A stretch of DNA of 64,000 nt from Calditrichia bacterium (GTDB taxonomy: Bacteria > Calditrichota > Calditrichia > JAJRVZ01). Of the stretch, positions 21,560 through 32,065 are shown piece by piece. The translations under genes and the position numbers were made by a program. The stretch spans positions 64,001-128,000 of the forward strand of contig CAVZSQ010000013.1 of the NCBI GenBank assembly GCA_963777955.1. Reading direction: 5' to 3'. The notes beneath the pieces are model-generated. The model was not told the DNA's origin. It did not search any database and was given only the letters and a program-made list of their open reading frames with translations. Every line of letters begins with the position of its first letter. The first letter of the stretch is position 1.

Positions 21560-22765
21560 TTATTCGGTCGGGGCGATGATCTGCGCAGAAACTTTGTTCG
21601 CAGTTACTGAGATCACGCGCAGTTTTAATCCCTCAATTTCCTTGCCTTGCAATTCGGAGGCCAGTTGTTCACCGGTCCCTTTGGTATCGATATCGAACAG
21701 AGCGGTACCGCCACCATAACTGCGTTGATTGACCGCCTGTACTCCACGGATATAAAATTTCAAACTGTTTTTAAGAATATTCAACTGCTCAAAACTGGTA
21801 ATATTGCTGACCTGCAATTGAACCTGGCCGCCGCTGTACACGTCTTTCTGCCATTGTGCTATGATTTTATCTTTCAATTGTCCGGCTGCTTTCTTTGCCG
21901 CTTTTTGTAAAGCCTGTGTCCCGCCGGTAACTTCGTCGATATGGGCGGCATTATCATAGGCCGAAGCAGTAGCCAGGATGGTGGCATTATCCGCCTGGAT
22001 CGCGCGTAAATTCAGATTGGCCTGGCATGATTTCATTCCCGAATTACGTAATACTGCGGGCCCGCCCGAGGCTTCTTTAGCCACAGCCGAACCGGTAATA
22101 ATAACCTCGGCTCCGTAACGCATGGCAATGCTGGCGGCAGCACTGGCATCACCCTGCATGGCGGCTTCAACCACATCGTTGGCGATATTGACTTTGGATT
22201 GCTGCGCATCAACAAAGGTAAAACCAAAGACCATCATATCATTCATCAACTCGGTTTCGGTAACGTTCATGTCGGTCAGCAAGACCCCGTAACTATCGCT
22301 GATATTCTTCTCGTCCACCAAAACCATTAATCTTGGTTTTCCTTTACGCTGCATAATCACACCGATGGCCTGTAAATCATTGCGCAGATCGGATAACTTG
22401 ACGGTGGCCCGTACGGTTACTTCAACTGTATTTTCCAGTTGTTTACTTTTGGAAATTATGTCATACTTCTGTACATAGCCGGCGGTCTTGGTATAAATAT
22501 TATCTTCCACGGTCTGATAATTTTCAACCAGGGTGTTCGATTCGACCATGGTGCCCACTACCTGTTCCACGGCATTGCGCAGGGCGGCAGTCACGGCATC
22601 TTCCTGGGCTTTGACCTCATCCCCGGCCAGAATAGCACCGAGGCCCTTGGCCACAACTTCTTTTGCTTCAGGTTGCGGTTGCTGCTGCTGCGCACCGGGC
22701 TGGCCAAAAACCAGAGCAAAACTCAACAGTAGTACTAAGATAGTAATTAGTTTTTTCATACTCAT
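21560..22765 (-). CDS. FlgT N-terminal-domain secreted protein
   Basis: Signal peptide; VVAKGLG...AQEDAVTAALRNAVEQVVGTMVES...IYTKTAGYV; KPRLMVLVDE. Confidence 0.75.
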   Translation of the reverse strand: MSMKKLITILVLLLSFALVFGQPGAQQQQPQPEAKEVVAKGLGAILAGDEVKAQEDAVTAALRNAVEQVVGTMVESNTLVENYQTVEDNIYTKTAGYVQKYDIISKSKQLENTVEVTVRATVKLSDLRNDLQAIGVIMQRKGKPRLMVLVDEKNISDSYGVLLTDMNVTETELMNDMMVFGFTFVDAQQSKVNIANDVVEAAMQGDASAAASIAMRYGAEVIITGSAVAKEASGGPAVLRNSGMKSCQANLNLRAIQADNATILATASAYDNAAHIDEVTGGTQALQKAAKKAAGQLKDKIIAQWQKDVYSGGQVQLQVSNITSFEQLNILKNSLKFYIRGVQAVNQRSYGGGTALFDIDTKGTGEQLASELQGKEIEGLKLRVISVTANKVSAQIIAPTE

Positions 22766-22855
22766 ATCCTGTCTATTTCTGATAAGTAAAATTGAGAAGA
22801 TGACTAATTATCATCTTCTCAATTATAGATTAAATGTCCGGCCTGAAGTTATGTA

Positions 22856-24021
22856 TTAAAATTTTGCTTTCAGGTTTCTGATAATATTGAGTGCTTCAGG
22901 ACCCGATACTGCTTTCAGGATCTGGAAAGTACCGTCTTCCATACCGGGCATAATTCCACGGGATGAAACCGTCATCACAGCATTGAAAACCGGTGCGGTA
23001 TTAAGCATATCGGCAAAGGGCGATGTACTGCCAAAAAATTTAGTTTCGATAGTCTGATCATCATAGGCTTTGACCAGGAAGTGTTCGATCAACTTGGCAA
23101 ATTCTCCGCGGTTTACCTTGGCTTCCGGGCGGAACGTTTCATCCGGAAATTTCTCGATAATGCCGGTCGTTAATGCCTGATCGATGAAAGATTTTGCCCA
23201 GTGGTTATCGGCCACATCGGCAGCGACAGCCGTGGGTGCAACTTGCTCGGTTTCCTTCTTGCCCATAATCCCGCTGGAGGGTGCCTGGAAGGTCATAGCA
23301 CTTTGATTTGGAGATTTGCGGAAAATCTTTTCCAGGGGTAATTCAGTCACGAACAGGACCGCCACGTCGGCACGGGTAATTTCCTTCTGTTGAGCGATCT
23401 TCTTCAACTCCGGACTCTGTCCGGCGACAGCAGCCTGGTATTCAGCCAGTTCTTTGATGGCAGCACTGGCTTTAACGTTGGTATTGTCTATTTCCAGGAT
23501 TTTCTGGAAAGTCGTCTGGGCCTCGATATATTTGCCCCAACCTTTGTAGGCATCGCCCATATGATACAGGGCATCCATTTTGACCGCTTTTTTATCAAAC
23601 TTGGATTTGGAATCAGCCACATCATCAACGGCATCTTCCAATTCATCAACCGCTTTTTCAAACTGCCCCTGGGCCGTAAACCAGCGCCCGCGGGCAACCT
23701 GAGCCGGAACCCAATCACCGTCTTCACTCAAGGCTTTTTTAATATTCTTATCGGCTTCGCTGAAATTCTTCTGGGTAATATCAACCAGGGCTAAACCTTC
23801 GTAGGCCGGAGCAAAATTCGCTTTCAGACTCTTGGCTTCGTTGAATTCCCGGGTAGCATTGGCCAGATCATCCTTATCCAGAAACTTTTTACCCTGATTA
23901 TAATGATACTCAGGTGTATCCAGAACCGATTCAGCTTTCCGTTCTTTCGGCCCGCCGCAGGAAATTAAGAATAAGGCATGGCCGCTACGGCAATACTCAA
24001 AATAAACAATTTTTTCAACAT
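22856..24021 (-). CDS. TPR plus S-layer homology (SLH) lipoprotein, frameshift in the signal region
   Basis: ATG at 24021 after AGGAGG; lipobox LISC in the shifted frame; TPR repeats; SLH motifs ITRAD, DVADNHWA, FRPEAKVNRGEFA. Confidence 0.8.
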
Positions 24022-24110
24022 TGCTCTTCCTCCTAAATTAGAAGAATTCTATTTATCATAACACCATCATTTCTTTAATCTTTAGTCTTTAATCTTATAT
24101 CTTGCCCTGG

Positions 24111-24945
24111 TCAGTCCAGAATAATCATCACCCGGCATTGCTCCATAAAATTCTGAGTTTTCGCCGCATTGAGTATCTGCTGAGCCTCATTATTGTTTAT
24201 GACCACATCACTTTTATTCGTACCACTGGCTTTGATAGCTTTGACCACCACGGGATTATTAGTGACGCGTTCGTTGCTTTTGGCACGGATTGATATCTTT
24301 TTCATAACCGACCACGCCCTGCTGCACGGCAAATTCCCTGCTGACATAACCAGTGCCGTATACTTCGTTGCCCTGTTCATCCAGAATTTTGGGCGCCATG
24401 GCCGGACGTACACCAATACCGCGGGCATCGATGATCAGACCGGTATAGACCACATTGGCCGGTATCGCCTGATAGCCGGGATAACCCTGACCGGGAGCCA
24501 TTGGAGTGCCCATAGCCGGCAATAAGGCATCTAACAGAATCCCGCTTAAAGGTATTTCCACATCCACTTCAACCGATCCGTCACTCATATAACGTTGATT
24601 TATGACCCTGAAATTACGTACAATACCCTCAACCCTGGTCTGTATTATATCACTCTGCACCATGGCATTTTCCACAGTGGTTTCAGATGTCAGGGACATT
24701 CCTTTTACTGTCTGTAATAAATTTCTTAATGCCACAAGTTTAGCCGCTTCCAGGGCACCGGCACGCTGGGCTGCCATGGGCATCTTGGGATTGGGTGCAC
24801 CGATACCGGTCGCGGTAATCAATTGATCCTGCCAATTCACGGACCCGGCATTGGGTATCTGTTGAAATACCTGAGCATTGAGACTGACTACCATAAGAAT
24901 TAAAACAACGAATACACTGAGTAATCGCTTCATACTGGCCTCCAA
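24111..24945 (-). CDS. LPP20-family secreted protein, one frameshift near 24290
   Basis: VNWQDQLITATGIG, AAKLVALRNLL, YTGLIIDARG..PAMAPKILDE, continuing into RVTNNPVVVKA...CRVMIILD in the second frame. Confidence 0.78.
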
Positions 24946-25071
24946 TTATTAGATGGATTTAAATGGTTTTTTTCAATTTTACCGGATAATTAAACAACTA
25001 CCGTTATTATATACTGTGATGATGATCACCTTAATCAATAAATAATAATGACTTAAAATCCGTCAACTGCG

Positions 25072-25143
<72 letters not shown>

Positions 25144-25160
25144 AATTTTAACTTGTTTAT

Positions 25161-25213
25161 TATCAATAAGTTATTCCTTGTTAAACTAATTTGTGCAACA
25201 AATGTACAACAAA
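25161..25213 (+). promoter_or_regulatory. IHF-consensus site plus 11-bp tandem repeat (candidate integrase arm sites)
   Basis: tatcaataagtta (25161-25173) fits WATCAANNNNTTR; tgtgcaacaaa/tgtacaacaaa at 25192-25213. Confidence 0.45.
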
Positions 25214-25298
25214 TAATCACTTTTTTGAGCATGGGCTACCATTCAAATATAACAATGTAAAATTTAGTTTTATTTAACTACTTTATCAAGAATAACAG

Positions 25299-25585
25299 TT
25301 ATTTTTTTCTTTTCTTCAGGCTTGAATCTGCTACAAATTTTGCTGCTTCATCGTCAATTTCCGACCGGGTTCGAACACGAGCAGCGGCAATATATTTCTC
25401 CAAATCTGTTCTTCTGAAGGTTAGTTTTTTCCCATTTTGATATGAGGGATTTCTTTCAAGGAAGTCTTCTTATAAAGAGTAGATTCAGAGATATCTAGCA
25501 TTTTGGCAGCCTCCGCTAAAGCAAGATATTGTTTTTCAATTGCCGGAGCTGGTTCGCTGGATTCTTCTGTAACCCTGGCACGCAT
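25299..25585 (-). pseudogene. Excisionase-like helix-turn-helix (HTH_17) protein, one frameshift
   Basis: Manual translation MRARV...YLALAEAAKMLDISESTLYKKTSLKEIPH / NGKKLTFRRTDLEKYI...; span of 287 nt is one base short of in-frame. Confidence 0.75.
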
Positions 25586-25955
25586 GGTTTTTTTGATTAT
25601 ACCCAGCCAGAGCTAAGATTCCTCCCGAGCCATTACACTGCGTTCATCCATTTTTCGATTTTCTTGATTCCAGTCAATAGGATTTCGTTCTCGATTGGAG
25701 ATTCAGTTCCGACTGTTCAGCCTTTGCTCGATTTTGCCTCCACTGTGTTGGCAATTCGATATATCGCGACATTGACAATGCCATTTCGGTTGTGATTTCT
25801 CTTTGATGTCGTGGATGCTGTCTTTCTCATAATTATCTCCATCTGAATATATAAACATCTGGACATGGAAAAATATTGCATTCGAACACATGAATGAGAG
25901 TACTATGCGCCTTTTATCGTTTAACACTCATAATTCACATCCTTCATTTCTCAAG

Positions 25956-26417
25956 TCAACCAATTTCAAATTCACCCTGGTGGCAATATTGAATAAAATC
26001 TTCGATTTTTTCTATATAATTGATACCGCTAAAATGTTGCATTGCTTCTCTGTTATCTCCATTTTGCCAGGTTGGAGATAATTTTGAGAATATTTCATTA
26101 GTAGATTCTTCGGGTAGATTGGGTATATCTTTTGTGTTATCATCTAAGGTAAATATATTTTTTTTTATAAATTCAATATCGCCCATTTCCCCATATTCAT
26201 TTAAATCACATTTTGATAGATCAGGTAATAATTTTCCCAAAGCATCGGCTAAATTTGTCGCATCCGCAGCACTTATAATCTGGTAATTGTTCCCTAAATA
26301 ATACTCTGCTTTATGTTCAGGTTCCCAGCCATATTCATAAGCTAAACCAAGTAAATCCGGCCAATCGTGAATAGTCCATCTAAAACCACCCCCTTGACCA
26401 TGTAAATCGTAACCCAT
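25956..26417 (-). CDS. Hypothetical protein (island)
   Basis: 153-aa ORF with GAGG RBS; protein-like composition (MGYDL..FRW..W..L.LA..YGW). Confidence 0.7.
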   Translation of the reverse strand: MGYDLHGQGGGFRWTIHDWPDLLGLAYEYGWEPEHKAEYYLGNNYQIISAADATNLADALGKLLPDLSKCDLNEYGEMGDIEFIKKNIFTLDDNTKDIPNLPEESTNEIFSKLSPTWQNGDNREAMQHFSGINYIEKIEDFIQYCHQGEFEIG

Positions 26418-26543
26418 TTTAAAACCTCATTTCTTCATACCTGGCGGTAGACAGGCAAATTGCTCAGTAAATATCATTTTATTAAATCCTCAATTTTTTA
26501 CTTCTCGCCAATACCCCGTTAGCGGATATAAAACCAATCCCGC

Positions 26544-26939
26544 TTAATTTATTTTCTTTCGTTCCTCTATCCGCTCGTCTATACAATTAGTGCAAGCTGT
26601 AACGTCCCCATTAGCATTACTGAAAAATGCCATCGCTGGTTTTTTACAAATCGGGCACACTTTACCAGCATAAGTTTCAATGGGTTGAATTTTACCTTTC
26701 TTATTTTCGCATTTACGGGTCGGTTCTTGCCCCTGGTATTTTTCCTCTTTACACTTTTCGCAAATCCATTTTTTATCGTATTGATAAGCAGCAAATTCTA
26801 AATCCGGGTTTTTGCTTTTAAAATTATTATTACATATTTCGCACTCGGTCGGTATGTTAATAAAATCTGGATTTTCTTCCTCGACCGGTTTTTCTTCCTC
26901 AACAGGATCATCTTCCCAAATAAAATCTTCATCTCTCAT
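26544..26939 (-). CDS. Hypothetical Cys-rich (zinc-finger-like) protein
   Basis: Four CxxC pairs (CEIC, CEKC, CPIC, CTNC) after an acidic N-terminus. Confidence 0.6.
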   Translation of the reverse strand: MRDEDFIWEDDPVEEEKPVEEENPDFINIPTECEICNNNFKSKNPDLEFAAYQYDKKWICEKCKEEKYQGQEPTRKCENKKGKIQPIETYAGKVCPICKKPAMAFFSNANGDVTACTNCIDERIEERKKIN

Positions 26940-27158
26940 AACTTCACCTATAAGTATTTATCCACTTCCCTATACATATCCGCACACTTCATAAATGTAT
27001 TGCGATACTTTAAAATAACAACATCCGGTTCAATCTGATATAACTGGAATCCCTTATGTGGAATCAAGAGAATCAACCAGGATATTCAATTCATAGATAT
27101 CTTTGCAATCGTCGGATTGGCCGAATAAAAGTTTTTTAGTCATTCCTACTTTTTAAAG

Positions 27159-27638
27159 CTAATCCTCAACTAATCTTTTAATAGCAAATCCACTGACTTT
27201 AAGCACAGGCAAACTAATAGTTTCAACTCCAGTAGAGACTGATTCATATTCAAAATTTATTTTGAAATCACATAGAGCATTGGCACCCATTTCGATTGCC
27301 TTTTTATAAGCAAATTCTACGACCTGGGACATCTCGACATAATCATAAAACCAGATTTTATATTCAGTAGAATAGTCTGTGATATAGGGATTATTTTCCT
27401 TTGATTTCTTTCCTGAAATCGCTGATTTATATTCAGCACCTGATTTAATAGAAAATATAACTAAACCCACAGGTTCATATTTCCCATTGTACGAATATGG
27501 GGTGAAAAGAAATCCTTTTTTAGTATATTCTCGAAAATCTGCACCTGAAATTGATGTCTCTTTTTCAATCCTGGTAATTTTACGTTCACATCCAACAATC
27601 ATGAATAAAATGACTAACGACCAAAACCACCATTTCAT
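27159..27638 (-). CDS. Putative lipoprotein (YbjQ-like C-terminus)
   Basis: AGGAGG RBS, lipobox IVGC, KAIEMGANAL...VSGFAIK. Confidence 0.7.
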   Translation of the reverse strand: MKWWFWSLVILFMIVGCERKITRIEKETSISGADFREYTKKGFLFTPYSYNGKYEPVGLVIFSIKSGAEYKSAISGKKSKENNPYITDYSTEYKIWFYDYVEMSQVVEFAYKKAIEMGANALCDFKINFEYESVSTGVETISLPVLKVSGFAIKRLVED

Positions 27639-27782
27639 GTTAATTCCTCCTATAAAAAATCTTTAGATATAATACATCGGTTTAGTCTTTGTCAGATAAA
27701 ATAGCAGTCATCGGATTGACTTTAAAGGAGAATCTTTTTTACGGATGCTTTGTTCCGAAAATCCAAATAGCCATTAGTTTAA

Positions 27783-28196
27783 TTAGTAAATATTATGGGA
27801 CTCATATTTCTCAATTCTTTTGTGAAATTCTTCAATCTGCTTTTTCTGTTCCACTATTAATTTGCTTTTTTCTTCAATCTCTGTTTTAAGATTATTTATC
27901 TCATTTGGAGTGATAACATTTATTATCCCCTTATCTACCAATTCATCAAAGGCTGTTGGTATTTTGTATGTCGCCACCCAAAAACCTAAAGAAAAGGAAA
28001 TGGAGACTCCAAAAAATAACCTAAAGCACCATGTTAAAAATAAATTCCAATCCCAATACCAATCCATATGAAAAGATTCTGAAAACTCAATTTGTAATTT
28101 GGTTGCAATAATAGAAAATATACAGATTAGGAAAAGAGGCAATCCGAATTTATACCAGATATTGCCCATTTTATTATAAAACTCGTCATAGTTCAT
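27783..28196 (-). CDS. Hypothetical membrane protein
   Basis: Two hydrophobic segments followed by a coiled-coil tail; AAAGG RBS. Confidence 0.6.
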   Translation of the reverse strand: MNYDEFYNKMGNIWYKFGLPLFLICIFSIIATKLQIEFSESFHMDWYWDWNLFLTWCFRLFFGVSISFSLGFWVATYKIPTAFDELVDKGIINVITPNEINNLKTEIEEKSKLIVEQKKQIEEFHKRIEKYESHNIY

Positions 28197-28354
28197 ATTA
28201 ACCTTTCTTTAAAATCAGTATGCCAGGCGGATCTGTTAAAATCAATAAATTTTAAAGCCACATTTGTGGGCAAACTATAAAATATTTTGAATCTTTATTT
28301 TGTAACCACGGATGCCAATGAGTCATGTTACTATTTGCTGTAACTATTATAGCA

Positions 28355-28534
28355 TTATTCCTCTTTTGAATCGTATTTCTTTACGCTCTTAGAAAAGCAC
28401 TCACTGCATATCTTGATCGGATTCTCACCTGGAATTATAAAATAGATATTTGTTTTTTCGCCACAGACATAACATTTATTGTTCATGTCTCTTAGATCAT
28501 GCTCGATGTTTTTGATGATGTCTTTGGTGTCCAT
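28355..28534 (-). CDS. Small zinc-ribbon protein (59 aa)
   Basis: Manual translation MDTKDIIKNIEHDLRDMNNKCYVCGEK...KICSECFSK; GGAG RBS. Confidence 0.5.
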   Translation of the reverse strand: MDTKDIIKNIEHDLRDMNNKCYVCGEKTNIYFIIPGENPIKICSECFSKSVKKYDSKEE

Positions 28535-29012
28535 ATTTATTTCTCCGATAATTTACATTTTATTTTTCTCGCCTCGATGATGTTATAGTTTCTCTGTCAT
28601 GTTTAATAATCAGAGATCCCAGCAAAAAACGACCATCCGTAGGAAATCGGGTTGAACGTGGCCCGCCAGTGAATACGAAGATATAAAGGATAGATTTTAT
28701 CATTTATAGTACCAAAGAAGGGAATCGAATATATTATACCAATTCTAAATCTGAGATTCTATCAAAATATAAAAGGTATTTAAGGTGACATATCTTAATC
28801 CCTTGTTTTATTAATGATTGATGGAGCAACATTATTCCCAATACCTTACTCCAGTCAAAGGCATATGCGCTTATATAAAATAATATTTTGCTTGTGCTGA
28901 TGAATATTTAATATTAAGATACTTACAAGTTAGGCATTTACCGGACAGCCCCTACATTATATAGTTAAATTTGCCATTCATCGAGAATTTATGTTTATAA
29001 GGTGAGACTGTA

Positions 29013-30826
29013 ATGCCATTCCGTCGATTCTTTTTTTGCTGTATAATAATTTCTTCAATACAAGCACAAGATTTTATTGATTGGTCGACCAACTTCAGGA
29101 TGCCCCCGCGACGTTCTCTTAATTATTCGAGAACTTCCTATTATGAAAATTCTAAAAATTGGCAAGCCATAATCGACAGTACCTGGGGTGAAGGATTACC
29201 CATAGCAGAAAAGCTGGCTATATTTGATACCGTTTGGAATACGATCGATGCTAAATTCGCCTGTTTTCAGCATCTCGATATCGATTGGAATGAAATCAAG
29301 AATAAATACCGGCCCGAAATCGAGCAAGGAGTGAGCAGAGGAAGATTTGCTGCAATCATGAGTCATATGGCTCTGGCTCTACAAGAATCACATACCTGGT
29401 TCGATGATATGGATGTCTCTTCGTTATACTATCCGGAACCGGGCACTCCCTTGCTCTATGCTGGAGGCTGGGGCATGGATTCTCATTTTGGTGCCTGCCT
29501 GACTCCGTTACCCGATAGACTCGTTGCTGGTTTATAAAGTGATCCAAAACCATCCGCTGGGTTTGATCCCGGGTGATATCATTTTGGGTTACCAGGGTAT
29601 TCCCTGGAAACGGTTATACAAAATACTTTTAGCCGAGGAATTACCGATTGGTTCTCAGGGAGTCTGGGGAGCCAATGACGAAGCCTTTACCCATTGCTGG
29701 CTGCAGGGAGCGGGAATTAACTGGCATCTTTTTGACACGATAAATGTTGTAAAATATACCAGTGGCGATACCGTGAATCTGGCCACCGCTCCTTTAATCG
29801 ATCAGGAAATGGAAATATTCGGAACAGAGCAGTTGCCGGTACCCGGTATAGATTATCCTGATTCGATGCAGGGTCAGGATGTTGGCTGGGGAATTATTGA
29901 TGGTACGAATATTGGATATATTTATGTCTGGAGTTGGTACCGACCGAACCCATCCTTAAAATTTAGAAATGCCATCGATTCACTAATGCATATTTATGAT
30001 GCAGATGGAATGATTATAGATATGCGGTTTAATGCTGGAGGTTTTGTTGAAAGCAGTTATGGAGGTCTGCGTTTGCTTCATAATGCCGATTTCCCGGATT
30101 TAGGTTTAGCCACCAGAGACAATGCCCTTGATCATTATCAAATGAATGTCGCTGTACGATATTTTTTGCATGGTGATACCAATACTTATTTTAATAAACC
30201 AATTGCCGTTTTAATTGGACCTGCTGGATTCAGTGCTGTAGATTTTATCGCTCTGTTGTTAAAAGCACATCCTATGGTGAAAATCTTCGGTAAATCTTCC
30301 GCCTCCGCTTTTGCCTCACAATCGCGGTTGCCCATTAACGCATCTGACGGATCTGGATGGGATATAAGGTATGCTGCATATAATGGTTTTATTGAAAATG
30401 AATCAATGGAATTTCTTACCCGTACCAAGGTCGGGGTTGACGAAGCAGTATGGTTTAAACCAGAAGATGTTTACTATGGTAAAGATTCCATCGTAGAAGC
30501 AGACTCTCACTTGGATAAATAATCAAAATTCTGCTGTTGCCGATCAAACATCCATAGTAACAGATCGACTGGTATTACAGCAAAACTATCCAAATCCTTT
30601 CAATCCATCTACAAAGATTAAGTTCTATATACCTAAAAGTGGACCGGTTCTTCTTGAAATTTATAATGCCTTGGGTCATCATATAGAAACTCTAATTAAT
30701 GAACGATTGGCACAAGGATATCATGAAATTGAATTTAGTGCACGTAAACTCTCCAGTGGTGTTTATTTTTACCGTATTAAGTCAGGCATGGCACAGAATG
30801 TTAAAAAAATGATTTTAATAAAGTAG
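29013..30826 (+). CDS. Secreted S41-family peptidase with T9SS-type C-terminal domain (two frameshifts)
   Basis: Tricorn-C1-like start, PDZ-like GDIILG, IIDMRFNAGG, KPIAVL...FSA; tail QNYPNPFNPST...SSGVYFY...KKMILIK* ending at 30826. Confidence 0.82.
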
Positions 30827-30853
30827 GTTTTATAATATTGTATTAAAGTAGAA

Positions 30854-30924
30854 GTTAAACAGACTTGCGTGAATTGCTAAAATGTGCTGAGTGGCTGGTC
30901 GCCGGTTATGCCAAGTCTTTAGAC
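30854..30924 (+). repeat. attC-like site 1 (degenerate)
   Basis: gttaaac-agacttg ... caagtct-ttagac inverted ends; internal 43-nt block 37/43 identical to site 3. Confidence 0.55.
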
Positions 30925-30948
30925 AAAATATTTTAAAAGAGATATAGT

Positions 30949-31374
30949 ATGAAAAAGAAATATGTGTTTTTCTACTCTCTCCTCTTCGCTGCTTGCAACA
31001 TAACAGGTCCATCATCAAATGTTTCAATTCAACCCGGTATTTACGAAGGTATATTCTCAATCACTTATTTTGCAGGAACCGATAGCTCCTCAAATGTAAA
31101 AAGTCAAACAACCTTCACTTTTAATGATACAGGGTGGTATACTTGCAGGGGGAATTTAACATATACACCCCCAGCGGGTGGAGGAGAATATAAATTAGTT
31201 AACGGGTTATTACAATTGAAAGATCTTGTTCCTCACACAGCAGAATTTGATTGGTCATTGATATTGGGCGGTTACTTTGATATTACACAGTCGGGGACAA
31301 CATTGACACTCACCCAAAACGACAAAAAACATGCCCGCTACAGACATATTGTAATTAAACTTGTATCTTCGTGA
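30949..31374 (+). CDS. Putative lipoprotein (cassette gene)
   Basis: Lipobox FAAC; beta-rich, lipocalin-like; flanked by attC-like sites. Confidence 0.75.
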   Translation: MKKKYVFFYSLLFAACNITGPSSNVSIQPGIYEGIFSITYFAGTDSSSNVKSQTTFTFNDTGWYTCRGNLTYTPPAGGGEYKLVNGLLQLKDLVPHTAEFDWSLILGGYFDITQSGTTLTLTQNDKKHARYRHIVIKLVSS

Positions 31375-31386
31375 TAATAATACGAC

Positions 31387-31462
31387 GTCTAGCACCAGAA
31401 TCAACCGGACGCCCAGTTTACTGGCGTGAATTGCTGGTCACGGTTGTGTTTGGTCATTAGGC
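31387..31462 (+). repeat. attC-like site 2
   Basis: gtctagc-accagaatcaaccg ... cggttgtgtttggt-c-attaggc; one mismatch each to RYYYAAC and GTTRRRY; imperfect hairpin. Confidence 0.65.
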
Positions 31463-31482
31463 GACTAATCAGTGAGTATTGA

Positions 31483-31878
31483 ATGGGTACAAGTTACGTT
31501 GAATATAGAGACAAGGGATTCTGGTCTTGGGATGGTTACCTGGAGCATCTGCTCGCGCTATTGGCCAATAGCATCCCTGCCAGTGAAACAGACAAGTGGT
31601 TGATAGAAGCTCGTGATCACTGGCGAAAGCAGTCATCTGGAGATTTCGGCGGCTGGATACATCCAATGCTTAACGAGTACTGTGCAACTGAACAGCATAG
31701 GACTATCATCATGGAAAAGGTCGAGTCGCTACTCGATAGTAAGAGTCTTACAGAAGAGGTCCGGAAAACTGCAGATTTATTATTAGCGTTGCTTAAGGGC
31801 GAAATGGGAACGGACGCTACAAGCCCGCTGGATTATATAGTAACAGGATCACACCCATATCAACGGGGCCTGGAGTAG
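31483..31878 (+). CDS. Hypothetical protein (cassette gene)
   Basis: 131-aa ORF, visibly GC-richer than its neighbours, bounded by attC-like sites. Confidence 0.75.
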   Translation: MGTSYVEYRDKGFWSWDGYLEHLLALLANSIPASETDKWLIEARDHWRKQSSGDFGGWIHPMLNEYCATEQHRTIIMEKVESLLDSKSLTEEVRKTADLLLALLKGEMGTDATSPLDYIVTGSHPYQRGLE

Positions 31879-31935
31879 GGCGAGTAAAATCGCAAAAATG
31901 TCCGGGTTTCAAGACAGTTAAAACGAGTAATTCAT

Positions 31936-32030
31936 GTCTAACACCGATGAATAGTGGGCGCCAAGCCAACCAGCATGAAATGCTAAAATGTGCTATATGG
32001 CTGGTGGCCGGTTATACCTGGTCGTAAAAT
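31936..32030 (+). repeat. attC-like site 3
   Basis: Perfect RYYYAAC (gtctaac) at 31936, block shared with site 1, degenerate gtaaaat end. Confidence 0.6.
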
Positions 32031-32065
32031 GCTCATGTGAAATTATTCGTAGAAGGAGGTTTGAA

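Noticed and set aside
20629..22765. Curli or flagellar locus
   Set aside because: No csgA/B/E/F or flagellar structural genes nearby; only the shared domains are present.
25600..25830. Serine recombinase remnant (NVAIYR resembles VAIYARVS)
   Set aside because: The catalytic RVS motif is absent and the frame closes quickly.
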